Part shown: positions 51,744 to 63,329 of the stretch, piece after piece
Numbering within the stretch: the first letter of the stretch is position 1
Layout of the letters: every line of letters starts with the position of its first letter
NCBI GenBank assembly: GCA_963775685.1
Contig: CAVZJV010000014.1
Location: 224,001 to 288,000, forward strand
DNA: 64,000 bases
Direction: 5' to 3'
From: Candidatus Bathyarchaeota archaeon
Lineage (GTDB): Archaea > Thermoproteota > Bathyarchaeia > Bathyarchaeales > Bathycorpusculaceae
The notes under the pieces: model-generated
The model's input: the letters and a program-made list of their open reading frames with translations, nothing else
The model's database searches: none
Told to the model about the DNA's origin: nothing
Program-made: the position numbers and the translations under genes

Positions 51744-52184
51744 ATGAGAAGAGATAAATCAGAAATTGATTTCAAAAGTGACATTGACGAATTTATTCAT
51801 CTTGCTCAAAGATGGAACGCCCTCCATAAAAGATTACTAAACACTTTGGCGAGGCTGCCTGAAGAAGTTTACCAATTCACGTTACAAAAAATCTCTTTCC
51901 ATGCAGGCCAAAGTCAAACCATACAAGTAGACGAAATAAAAAAGCCCTACATGATAATTCTAAAAAGAACAGACTCAGAATCCCTAATAGCTCACGAAAT
52001 AGCCCATGCGTACCTTAATTATACTGAAACAAAAAGCAAGTCAGATGATCAAGAGGCAGAAGCCGACGAACTAAGAAAGAAATGGGGGTTCAAGAAAAAA
52101 CAACTCTGCCAAACCTTCCCTAACGGCTGTCTTAATTGCTTTAATCCGCACTGTTCCGAAAGCAAATCAAGGAAACTCAATTAA
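51744..52184 (+). CDS. Small HExxH (ImmA/IrrE-like) metalloprotease-fold protein with Cys-rich tail
   Basis: IAHEIAHAYL...EAEADEL..KWGF; C-terminal C..C.NC...C; purine-rich SD. Confidence 0.6.
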   Translation: MRRDKSEIDFKSDIDEFIHLAQRWNALHKRLLNTLARLPEEVYQFTLQKISFHAGQSQTIQVDEIKKPYMIILKRTDSESLIAHEIAHAYLNYTETKSKSDDQEAEADELRKKWGFKKKQLCQTFPNGCLNCFNPHCSESKSRKLN

Positions 52185-53697
52185 CATTTTTCTCAAAGGT
52201 CATTTTTTCTATTTCTTAATTGCAATTAATGTCAAGGCTTAACATAATGCATAGAAACATAATGCGTTTTCGGCTAAGTCTGATTCAGATTTGTTTATTC
52301 TTGTGTTTCTTTATTCTCTAATTTCATGTCCCAAACGTGTTATTATCTAATTCTTCAAGCTACTTCGTATGGATTTATTTTCTCTTTTCATATAACATAT
52401 AGCGGTGAATTGTTAGGGTAACAACTATAAAAATCGGTGATCATGAGGTTATGTACTCCTCAATAAGTTACCAGCGAGAATTTGCCTTAAAAGTGAAGGA
52501 AAATACGTAGGTCAACTTTTTTCAATTAAATGCCAGTTACCCTGCCGGTAGATGCACTGGTTGGTACTCAATACTTGCCTGCGTTATCACTTGGATGATT
52601 TTCAAAACTGCATGATTTGCTAAGAAACGAAAGCCAATGTACTTGCTTGGAAGGGAGCAAACGCCGAGAACGGAATTAAGACAATTGCTGAAATAGTCGG
52701 CGAAAACGACAAAACTAAAATTTCAAGTATTATTTTCAACGAACAATCTCCTTTTTCAACAAATGTCTACCATAAAATCGTAGGTTGTTTTGAGTTTGAG
52801 GGTTTAGATTTTATGCAAGAATCTCTAAAACTATTCTAAATGCTCCCTATTTATTGTGTGGAAATGTTTATTCGTTTGCACTTAGGCTACCCTTAATTCG
52901 TTGTAAGTTCCTGTGTTTCCTCTATCTTTGTTCGTATGCCCGAAACGGGCTATTTTCCAATTCTTCAAATCTCCCTTGATTTAATTTGAGGATTGCTCGT
53001 TAGGATATAGGCTGGCATTATTGTTTGTGAACATAAAGTTCAGCTATAAAGTTTGAGAGTAGTTTACCAACTCCGAATCCTTGATAATCCGTAAGCATCA
53101 CTATGTGGCGTACTCTGTAGCGTTTTGTATACACTTAATGTGCGTTTTTGTATAGGATGACTTTTTTTGAGGATATCGCAAAGCTTATATGGCATGTTGG
53201 TTTGCATGGATTGCAAGCCGCGCACGGGTTGATTGAAATCTTTCTTTGAATGAAGAAGACTATTTCACACATATGATTATTAACGCTTCAACAAGTTTGG
53301 CAACTGTTGAAGAGAAGAAGGTCAAACAATATGCCACTTAAAAACCGTCGTCTCTGTTTAAAACAGCGGTACATAAATTAAGCTCTTTAAAAAACTTAGA
53401 GTTGCTATTTATTGGTTCGTTGAAACTGATTGATTGGCCTTTTATCCTATTTCAAGCAAAGTAACCTTGCAAAAATGATACGTCATTGGCTGGATAAAGT
53501 TTGAACACATAATCTCAACCTTCAATTTTTGGTAATCCTTCAAGTTTTCCATCTAATTTTTACAAAAGTTAAATCATGTATAATAACTACAATTTTCTTT
53601 TAGTTAGATTGCGCGGATCGCATTATCATTTATTTTATTCCCTAAATCGGATTTTATGATTTAGTGACGTTCTGGGCGAGTAAAGTGAGTTGGAAAA

Positions 53698-54678
53698 ATG
53701 AGTATAACCCAAGTTAATGTAATCAAAGAAGGTTCTAAAACGAATCAGCGGTTAGCAGATAAATGCCCAGAATGTGCAAGCAAAAATCTCGTTCACGATT
53801 ATGACACGGGCGAAACTATCTGCGGCGATTGCGGTCTTGTTTTATACGAACAGATGTTAGATAAAGGACCTGAGTGGCGCGCTTTTACTCTTCAAGAAAA
53901 GGCCTCAAGAAGCCGCGTAGGTATGCCTACTTCCTATTCAATTCATGATAAAGGGTTATCCACAACCATCAGTCAAATTGACAGAGATGCCCTTGGAAGA
54001 AAACTACCATTATCCACAAGATTACAGATGTGGCGTCTTAGGAAATGGCAAATACGTAGTCGGGTCCACTCATCCTTCGACCGAAACCTCGCTCAAGCTA
54101 TGAGTGAACTTGAACGTTTATCGAGCAAAGTAAACATTTCACCACCGATAAAGGAAAAAGCCGCCGTGGTTTACAGAAAAGCACTCGACAAAGGCTTAGT
54201 CCGAGGAAGGTCGATCAACGCTATCGCTGCAGCATCACTATACGCTGCTTGCCGGAAAAGTGGATCACCCAAAACTCTTCGCGAAATCGCTGAAGCAAGT
54301 CTAGTGCATAAGAAAGATGTTTCAAGATGCTATAGACTGATGCTGCAAGAGCTGGATTTTCGCATGCCAGTTTCTGATCCTTTGACATATGTTTCAAAAA
54401 TTGCAGAAATAAATGGAGTATCCGGCAAAACACAGGGGACAGCTATAGCAATACTTAGGGATGCTAGACAAAAACGATTTTCAGCAGGAAAGGACCCAAT
54501 TGGTATGGCTGCAGCTGCGCTCTACATAGCTTGTTTGCAGAATAACGAAAAGATAACACAAAAAGACATTGCTGAAGCGTCCGGAGTAACTGAAGTGACG
54601 GTTAGAAACAGATACAAAGCACTAAAGAAACAGCTAAATCTGATATTGCCTGATCAAAGAGATAGTCTAATCGTATAA
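53698..54678 (+). CDS. tfb: Transcription initiation factor B
   Basis: CPEC..CGDCG, GPEWRAF, RLRKWQ, GRSI, GKDP, TEVTVRNRYK. Confidence 0.96.
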   Translation: MSITQVNVIKEGSKTNQRLADKCPECASKNLVHDYDTGETICGDCGLVLYEQMLDKGPEWRAFTLQEKASRSRVGMPTSYSIHDKGLSTTISQIDRDALGRKLPLSTRLQMWRLRKWQIRSRVHSSFDRNLAQAMSELERLSSKVNISPPIKEKAAVVYRKALDKGLVRGRSINAIAAASLYAACRKSGSPKTLREIAEASLVHKKDVSRCYRLMLQELDFRMPVSDPLTYVSKIAEINGVSGKTQGTAIAILRDARQKRFSAGKDPIGMAAAALYIACLQNNEKITQKDIAEASGVTEVTVRNRYKALKKQLNLILPDQRDSLIV

Positions 54679-55029
54679 TTCCTGGTTTTTCTTCATAATT
54701 GATAAAAGCTCGGTTGATCTTTCTATGAAACACAGGAATAGTTGTTTGATGAAGGAGATTGTATAGTTTCTTTTGTAATATGGTGATATGAGATGAGTAA
54801 GAAAGGAGAAACACGCGAACAAGATAGGGGAAAACCTCAGCCTCGAAAAAAGAAGGAAAGGGAAGATAACCGCAAAAAGAAAAAACTTGGCAGAGTTGAA
54901 AGACAAAAGTCAAGACAGGCTTAGTTTAGATTAATCCGGGGTTTCGTTAATTTATTGTTTGAAAACGGTTCCGCGTTTTTGGCTAAGATTACCCTCTATA
55001 TTAATGGGGAATATGTAGTCTTTTAAATG

Positions 55030-55248
55030 CTAAAGATCGCTATTGATGCTGTGTAAGCTTCGATAAAGAAGAATGTCGGCAATCGCCAGCATTGCCAACA
55101 CTATTAACGCTCCCGCTAAGTATTCTGGGTGTCCATTGTCTATTGACTCACTAATACCTAACTCTATACCAAAAACTGCTACCATGATTGTTGCGATTAC
55201 GGTTATTAAAAATCCAATTTTTGCGTTCACAGTGGTCTTCTTCTCCAA
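55030..55248 (-). CDS. Small two-TM hypothetical protein
   Basis: Two hydrophobic helices; purine-rich upstream sequence. Confidence 0.45.
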   Translation of the reverse strand: MEKKTTVNAKIGFLITVIATIMVAVFGIELGISESIDNGHPEYLAGALIVLAMLAIADILLYRSLHSINSDL

Positions 55249-56845
55249 TTACATTTTCTGTTCCCCCTTATTTCCCTTTCTGAACAGTAACATTCTGGAC
55301 ACTATTTAGATGGAATAAACATCATGTGAAGGCTCCAAAACTTCTTGTGTAATGTCCCATGTCCTGCAAAAATTAGTGCATTAACAAACTAAATCGTTTC
55401 AAAATGTTTTCGACTTCTTTGGTGAAATAAAATTTTGCTTAGGGTTTTTTCTATTTCTTTGCTCAAACTTTTAGGTGTTTCTCTTTAGATGCGGATTAGG
55501 AAGCTCTAACTATTTTTTATTGACTGTGTAGCCGCCTGAGCTGTTAATGCTTCCTAACGTTGGTTCCCAGACATGTTGAAGGGATGAAGCCCCGTTTGCT
55601 TGAACATCTAACGTCTCCGTAAGGTTTACCTTTGCATGTCTCGCCCAGCTCAAGTCAATGGTAGCATCATTAACTTGGAAGCTAAAAGTGTCCATATTGT
55701 TTGCGCCCGAAACGGATGATGCAAGATTGTTTCCTATTCCTTCAACCGTAAGATGTGACGCTCAGGATACCTCGAAATCGAAATCTCCAACCATAAAATT
55801 CGTCAGTTCTATGGAGCTATCGCTGACATATAGCGGCAAACTGGTTGGCGCTATAAAACGTCTGCGGTCCACGGGTGCGCAAGAAAAACTAGACTATCCA
55901 ACGTGGGCATGGAAATTTCAGCTTTTGCACTAAAAATACCAAAAACAAACCGGCCTTAACATCAATCTTCAACGTTTCACACGGCTGATATTGTCCCAGT
56001 AGCTTCGCATTTGATATAATATTTTGTAAGCTCGATTTGCCGGCAAAAACTATGTTATGGGTTAAATTTTGGAGGCACCGAACTCAAAAAGTGAAGTTTT
56101 TGTGAACTGTTTTCCTCATGCTCAACTGTTTGATCTGATGGAGTACTTGTAGAAGGTAGTTGGCTTCTACAAAATTGAATAGGTCACAGTAGATTTTTAG
56201 GGATGACTCGTTTGGGGCTTTGAAGTAAGCCCAACCGTCCGTGCCGACAAGAAAATTAGGCAAGGCGCATTTCCTGGCTAATCTCCATATTCTTACTTAT
56301 CAGGCTTAAAACCCTGCAAGATGTCAGACTAAACCATAAAGTTAACCGTAATGATTCCCAAAAAGGGGTCTTAAAAGAAATTAATCAAAAAAAAGAGAAT
56401 TATTGCGTTTTGCTTATCTTGCCTAGCAGGGTCCATAGGTGTACCCGTAGCCAAAGTTGGCTTGATAGGGTGCTGGATGATGAGTCGTCTGTTGGGGCTT
56501 GTGGCGTTGCATATTGGCCAGTGTAGGCTTATTTTGTTCCGTTTCCGAAACAGTTGAGGTCCATCCCCGGTAATCATGTTTGGGGGTGGGTTGGGGTTTG
56601 TGGTCGTGTCCGAGTGGGTAGAGAATAGTTTGGCTTAAGCAGCTTGAAGGTGACTAAGGTTAGTGACGCTATATCGATTAAGGCTATTATGATTTTTGTT
56701 CTTTGCATTTGTTTATTACCATATTACCCTTTGATCATGGGGTCTTATGGTCGTTCGCTGAAAAAAACAAGAAACCGACCATGAGACAGTAAACTCTTTG
56801 TATTTCAAGTTACCCTTACCTTTAAACATCAAAGAAGGTATCAGA

Positions 56846-57305
56846 ATGGTTAAGGGCAAAATTGGGGATCAAGCGCCAGACTTCACCCTCAAAGCAAACA
56901 CGGGGGAAAATATCACTTTATCTCAGTTTTTTGGAAAGAAGAATATTGCTTTTTCTTTTATCCGAGAGATGAAGGACCTACTTGCGTCAAAGAAGCACAG
57001 GCTTTTAGAAATGACTCTGACGCCTTCAAAGAAAGAAATGCAGAAGTTATTGGCATAAAGTGCCCAAAGTGTAGAAGGACATAAGAAATTTGCAACTCAC
57101 TCATAACTTAGAATATATTTTGGTGAGTGATAGCGATAACCAGATTAGAAAGTTATATGGCGTTTCAGCTACCTTGGGGGTTCCTGGAAGGGTAGCCTAT
57201 GTTATCGATACAAGAGGCATCGTTAAGCATATTTTTGTTTCACAGCTTCATTTCAATAAGCACCCAAAGGAAGCTTTGCAGGCTTTGAAAGAAATAACTG
57301 TGTAG
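56846..57305 (+). pseudogene. bcp: BCP/PrxQ peroxiredoxin, frameshifted
   Basis: IGDQAPDFTL, then FYPRDEGPTCVKEA (peroxidatic Cys), then LVSDSDNQIRKLYGV..GRVAYVID, split over several frameshifts. Confidence 0.8.
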
Positions 57306-57800
57306 TTACTTCACTGATTCAAAATTTTGCAAGCAGATATAATTGGAAAAACAGCCGTTTAGAATATTGACTTAACTTAGTGGTTGTCAGTGTTGAAGAC
57401 ATGGGATTTATCGTGTTCGTTCTTATTCCTGGCAATGTAGTTTTTTTCCTAGAATTTTGGGGCCGATCTTTTGGGTGTAGGGCGCAATCTTTTCCAGCAT
57501 AGCCATTAAGAAAGAGCCATTCAGTTAAGCTTTAGAAAGTTCTTTTGCGTTTTTCTGATATGTTATAGAGTAACTGTTAAACCTTGATAGTTTTTCTGCT
57601 TTGCAGATTGGATTGCCCGCCTATCGGGCTCAAAATAACTGTGCACCATGCGTTTAGATCATGTGCATTTAAACTTAAAACTTTTGCAAATCACGATAAA
57701 TATGATTTAGCGTGTATTGAATCTTAATCAGAGTTATTTTCCTTAACTTTTTCTATAATGCGCCCATTTAAAACTAAAAAAGGGGAAAGATAGTTTTTGC

Positions 57801-60514
57801 TTATTGTCTTTTTCTAAGCATAGAAATTATTACTAGAGCAAGGACAATGAAAATCAAGACGAATAGTCCGACAGTTGCTGGAACAAAGTAGGTATCAGCA
57901 ACAGATGCCGCAGGTCCATTTGTAGGTGCTGATGTTAGGTGAGGTGCACTTGCATAGAAATGTGTTTCTGCATTAGATGGGTAGTATGAGTTTGTGCCTG
58001 CAAAATTTGCGTTGACTGTGAAATCGCCGGGTATATCTGGTGTCCAAGTGAAAGCGAACGTACCGCTGTCATCAGTTGTAGTAGTGCCGATTTGTCTATT
58101 GTTGCCATTAGAATCAAGAACTTCTATAGAAACCGGAACGCCCGTAACATTGTTTGGTTTTGGCTGTTGCATATAAACGTATTCCATCCATACACTTTGA
58201 CTTGCATCAGAAACGGCTGGAAGCCCATTGGGAAAGTTCTTTGCAACTGTTTCTTGTTGTGAACCTGCAGAGATATCAGTAATTATACCTGTTATGGTGA
58301 CTGGGGTTTCAGTTGTAACACCAATTTGCGGTACAGAGATCGTTGTAGAACTTGGACCCATGCCATAAGCGTATATCTGATTGTCATATGCGTTTATCAC
58401 AGTCATGATGCCATACGCTACAGCGGGTATACTGTTAACGTCGAAAGCGTCTATACTCCAAGCGAGCTCTCCGGTGGTGCAGTTAATAGCTAGTTGCTGT
58501 GCTCCAAGGAATAAGGGTGGACTATATTCGTGTCCCTCTTCGAGGAAGAGGAGTCCATCAGCGACACCCCCCATAGAAAACGTCCAAAGGGGCCATATGC
58601 CATAAGGGCTGTTTGTACCGCTGGAACCGTGGAGCGTGGTTGTGTTGGTGTACCAGTTGATTTTCCCAGTTATCATGTCTATAGACCAGATATCTCCGCC
58701 GAAGCCAGTTAAATATAGTGTTCCGTTAGCCTGAGTATTCATATAGCCACCGATACTGTCGTAAGGATTAACAGGAGAAAGTACATGTTTCCATAATTGG
58801 ATGCCTGAGCTAACACTGTAACCGTAAATTATAGAATCCTCATAAGATATTTCGCAGTATACTCCATAGCCGTCGCCTTCTCCAACTACCCTCGAGAAAG
58901 GTGCGTATGTTCTATTCACCATCCATAGTTGCTCTCCAGTATCTGCGCTGTAGCCTGCCTCGATTTGCCATCCTGGCTGGAACAGACCACCAGCCGAACC
59001 TCCAGAAGTCATTATGACAACACCACTGTTGATGTCTTGCGCAGTGGTAATTGGGCCAGCAGCACCAATTGAGAATGCGGAGGGTAATGCATTGCCTGAA
59101 TAATTAGTGGCTAAGGGCATTTTCCAGACTATACCATTAGAATAATCTATGATTCCATTTTGTGGGGGCCTCCAGTACCAACCCGAAGCTTGAGCACCCC
59201 AAGCTCCGGCCATAATACATGCTGTCGAGTTCCACATATTTAGAGTCGGTCCAGTACTAGTAACTACCGTTGGCGAGGGTCCAATATTGTTATTAATTGG
59301 GCCCATGACCATTTGTTTTCCCGCAGTTTGGTTAATGTAGTAGCCTATCAAGTCTCCACTAGGATCAGTCATAAGCGCCGCTGAAGTGCCGTTGACAATG
59401 CTCAAGATGTAAGTTCCGGTCTCGGCGTCAAACATATTTAATGTAGTTCCGGACAGACGATTCCGGCAGGGGTTCCAGTTGTCCAAATGTATGCGAGACC
59501 GCCATATTGGTTGGGTGAGACGTAATCAAGTATCTGGCCACAAAGTATTGTTGTACATAATCCCGACGATGTTAGAGCAGTCTGCGCTGGAGAACCACCG
59601 CCGTAGTTGTTGCCATTGTTAGTCCATACTGTTTGTCCCGTGTACAAGTCTACGCAAACTAAGCCTGCAGGAGTAGTTGAACTTCCTGGGTATACATTAT
59701 AGTAGAGAAAGCCATTAATTATTACTGGAGAGAATTTTTTCTCGTATTGTGCGGTCGAGTAATAGTTGCCATATGTTGTTGTTCCGCCGAAGTCTCCTCC
59801 GAGTACGCCTCCAAACGCCTCAGGTTTTGTCCATATGATGTGAGAGGACTGTGGCGCTGTAGTGTAAGGATTATAGTTTGCGGTCGTATTGTACTTGCCG
59901 CTTCCGCCGAGGTTAAGTGAAGCTCCACCAATCGCGTACCAATTGTGGACGTTCATTGCGTTTATTGGGGTCTGCCAGTAGTTTGTCGGAAGCGGAGCGA
60001 CTGAAACTCCTCCCACTGGTTCTTGCTGCACGGTAAGGGTTGCGATACTGCTAGTGCTGGGTTGATAATAATCGCCAATAAATGGGCTAGTTTGTCTAGG
60101 GGCAAGATTGTCTCCTGTTAATGTTTGTCCTCCAAATGTCGCCTGGAAAGTGTAGACACCAAGTTGGACAGGCGTGAAGGGTGTATAAGTTCCTCCAGTA
60201 TCATCGCTTGTAAATGGTCCTAATGTTTGGGTGGTTGTGTCTGGAAGCGTGACTTTCAGTGTTATGTTCTGCCATCTGTCACCATAGGGACCGTTTGCTG
60301 TTGGTGGCGGTTGACCAAGCCACATACCAATGTTAACTGTTTGGCCTACTCCAACGGGGTTAGTTCCGACATTACAGAAAGTATAGGTGGGAATATTCAA
60401 AGGTGGGCTATGTGCATTAACATTTGGTAATATAAGCATTGAAGTTCCCGTAGAAATTGTTAGAATTGTTACAATCAAAATTGCCATAGTTTTACTTAGA
60501 TTTAGCATTTTCAT
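57801..60514 (-). CDS. Large secreted PQQ-like beta-propeller surface protein with C-terminal anchor, one frameshift near 59450
   Basis: Signal peptide; repeated A.D..TGE..W units; HEYSPPLF; PAVSDAS..WMEYVYMQQP.P; TM and RKR tail. Two overlapping ORFs join. Confidence 0.82.
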
Positions 60515-60551
60515 TTTTTCTTTTCCTTTCTTTTTATTTTATATTGATAAA

Positions 60552-60580
60552 AAATGTTATAAACGAAGTTTACAACATTT
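60552..60580. promoter_or_regulatory. Inverted repeat AAATGTTATAAAC-GAA-GTTTACAACATTT (12/13 match) between the TATA-like box and the start of the PQQ-like gene
   Basis: Read directly; an operator role is inferred. Confidence 0.5.
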
Positions 60581-60895
60581 ACTTAAAAGCTTTATTTAAT
60601 TTAAATACTTTGCCTAATGTTATGCTATAAAATAAACACATAAATAACAATTTATAGTTAGAAATATTTGTTTTGAATTAGTTAACCTAAAAAGTTAAAA
60701 AAGACCGAAATAACAATGCATTTTCGGAATAAGTTAAACCGATTTTTAACAATAAGTGAGTTTAGTATTCTAGTCCAATTATTTGACCGTTGATCCTTCG
60801 TTGGAATTGTTCATTATTACTATAGAAAGCAGAGTCGGAGTTTCTAAGTGCGCCGGTATAATGAAATATAAAATAAAGCTAATAAGGTTATCAAA

Positions 60896-61252
60896 TTGAG
60901 CCATAGGCATGTTATTAAAAAGACGCATGTTTTAATAATAGAATTTGACGATGTTATTACTGCAAAGCTGGCTATCGATAGTGAGTATTTTGGTGAGGGC
61001 AACTGCAAAGATGGAGTTTTGGACTTTGATTTTGAGTATTGCCTTGATTGCGGTTTGAGGTTGCTTGATGGCAGACCGATTAAGACGCAGGATATCTTGG
61101 AGGCAGAGTTTGAAAGGTTTGTAGTTCAAGCGAAGAAAGGCAACCATGTCAACTCTGACAAGTCAACTGCTCAGCATACCGATTTTGAGACCTTACGACG
61201 ATTAATTCAAACGGCCTTGGCATTTGGCAAGATAACCAAAACATATTCCTAA
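60896..61252 (+). CDS. Hypothetical protein
   Basis: 118-aa ORF with protein-like composition; no family recognised. Confidence 0.45.
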   Translation: MSHRHVIKKTHVLIIEFDDVITAKLAIDSEYFGEGNCKDGVLDFDFEYCLDCGLRLLDGRPIKTQDILEAEFERFVVQAKKGNHVNSDKSTAQHTDFETLRRLIQTALAFGKITKTYS

Positions 61253-61344
61253 ATTAGAAGCATGATCGCAAAAAATTGGAGACTTGTATCTTTTGTATCG
61301 AGTGTATAATTGTGACATTCGAAAAAAGACATAAAAGTAATTTG

Positions 61345-61632
61345 TTAAGGCTTAGGTTCATAGACTATTACTTTCTCTTTCTCTTCTTGTATTGCTACGC
61401 CATGTTTCTTGGCGATGTTTGTTACCTTTTGTCTAATTTCAGCATCAATCGTCATTGTTATTCGTATCTCAAAGAATTTCGGGGTCCCTTTTTGAGGAAT
61501 GTTCAACGCTAAGTTAAAGGCACCTGCGCTCATATTTTCGCTTAAATTCATAATTTCCTTACAAATGGCTACAGCTTCATTCCTGTTTATCTTAATGTCT
61601 TCCCTCTTCAATTTATCGTACGTATGGTACAT
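61345..61632 (-). CDS. Hypothetical small alpha/beta protein
   Basis: INRNEAVAICKEI...IAKKHGVAIQEEKEKVIVYEP; true start probably downstream of the ORF-track start. Confidence 0.5.
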   Translation of the reverse strand: MYHTYDKLKREDIKINRNEAVAICKEIMNLSENMSAGAFNLALNIPQKGTPKFFEIRITMTIDAEIRQKVTNIAKKHGVAIQEEKEKVIVYEPKP

Positions 61633-62076
61633 AAAAGTTTTTAGTTATCTCTCTGCTTTTACAAGAAGAAAACAGTTTAGCATTTGATTATTTCGTCTTC
61701 ATGATTTGGCGACATCATTTTAAATTATTTCAAGTCGTACATGTTGACAAGGACAAAATAAGTTAACGAAATTGAGCGGGTCTGCTTGCAAAACAAAGGG
61801 GAGGCGCTTAACATCACTTTCTTTCGTGTCTTTGACTGCCCAACAAACTATTTTAACGCCTAATTTTTGAAATTTGGTGTTGCCAAACCACAATAACACA
61901 GGTATTTACCGTTTACCGCATTAATTGTAAAACAGATGTGTTGACGCTATAATTTTAACAGTTGAATCAAGTATTTTTGAATCTTATCAAAGCTATTTAT
62001 CGAATAATTGTTGTCTAACGCCAACAATAGCAAATATATTATATCGCGTTATCTGAAATAATCTCTCAACGGATCT

Positions 62077-62298
62077 CTATTTTGCTTCAAGCGTTATAGA
62101 GTCATTTATCTCAAAACGAGGTTGAGAAACCATCTGTAACCTGCTTAAAACAATAAAGAGATTTTCAAAAGCAGAAATTAAGTCATCTAAGAGTATTCCT
62201 CTATACTCGCCAGGGAGCAACTGGAGTTTATCATTGAAAACTGTCGCTAGCTTGGCTTGTAATTCCTTCCTGTTTTTTGAGCTTAATTTTGCGTTCAT
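62077..62298 (-). CDS. Small helical hypothetical protein, paralogue of 47943-48143
   Basis: RKELQAKLATVF..GILLDDLISAFEN. Confidence 0.68.
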   Translation of the reverse strand: MNAKLSSKNRKELQAKLATVFNDKLQLLPGEYRGILLDDLISAFENLFIVLSRLQMVSQPRFEINDSITLEAK

Positions 62299-62859
62299 TG
62301 TTATCTTCCTGATTGAAATTCATTAAATATCTTTAATTGGTTTATGATCAGAAAATACTTATTTGAAATCAATGCAATTTATTAGTTCGAGTTAAGCAGA
62401 TAAAGATAATTATACATGGTCATTTAGATGAACAATCAAACTAAGACAGTTTTTAGTTTCAGCTTACGAACTCTTTTTATAAAGGTAAGGCTTCCGCAAA
62501 CCCTTGATCGTTCTACAGTGGATAATTTAGAGAAAATTGTACCTGAGCGTAACTGCAGGTTGTTGCTGTCAATTATGTGTTTCTTATGGCGAAACCTCTC
62601 TTGTTGCAGTTTTTTTAATTTTTGAAGTGTTATCATCTAAGAAACCAAAAGACTATATTTTTTGATATATTCATTGAATTATGCTGTTTCAATATCATCT
62701 CTTATGGTGGCTTATGACCTCTTCTAAAGGCAATTGATTATAATTTTTAATTTACTTAAGAGGATATTCAAGACCAAGATTGATGTGAGTTTAGAATTAA
62801 TTTCGTTTTTGGCCCAGTTCTAAATTGCTAGAGTATGGCGTAAACAGACTTAACTATTG

Positions 62860-63235
62860 CCGTGAGCTATGGCAATATTTAGAGGCTTTATTTATGATAC
62901 ACGTAAAGTAAGGCTTTCGGGGCTTGCTTGTGAAATTGTTCTGCCTGAGAAAAAACTGAAAGCCGTCGAATGTACCTCAAGATCTTCTTAATGTGCCCAG
63001 AACTATATTCAGCGACCCCACCAAGCCTGATTTGAACCATTTTTATGACCAAATTGCATGGTTCAATCAGAAAAAAGAAATTTCCGAGCTTACGTTGAAA
63101 TATGTAAATGGAGGTATTTTTGATTTCATTCCGTATGCGATGTCATCTCTTAAGCTAACGAAAAATCAGTTGTCCTATCGCATTTCCGACCATTATCCAC
63201 TATGGGCTGAGTTCGACGTAAGAGCTCAAAAGTGA
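62860..63235 (+). pseudogene. Endonuclease/exonuclease/phosphatase (EEP) family remnant
   Basis: FIYDTRKVRLSGLACEIVLP fragment joined to FYDQIAWF...ISDHYPLWAEF. Confidence 0.7.
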
Positions 63236-63329
63236 CATTCTAGCTCTAACGAAGATTGACAAGTAATCTTCTATTTGCCCCGAAGTAATAAACCCTGTTA
63301 GTCGAGGCCGTATCTGAACGTTTAAAGTG

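Noticed and set aside
53698-54678. TFB in a variable region as a novelty
   Set aside because: Multiple TFB paralogues are common in archaea and its motifs are canonical.
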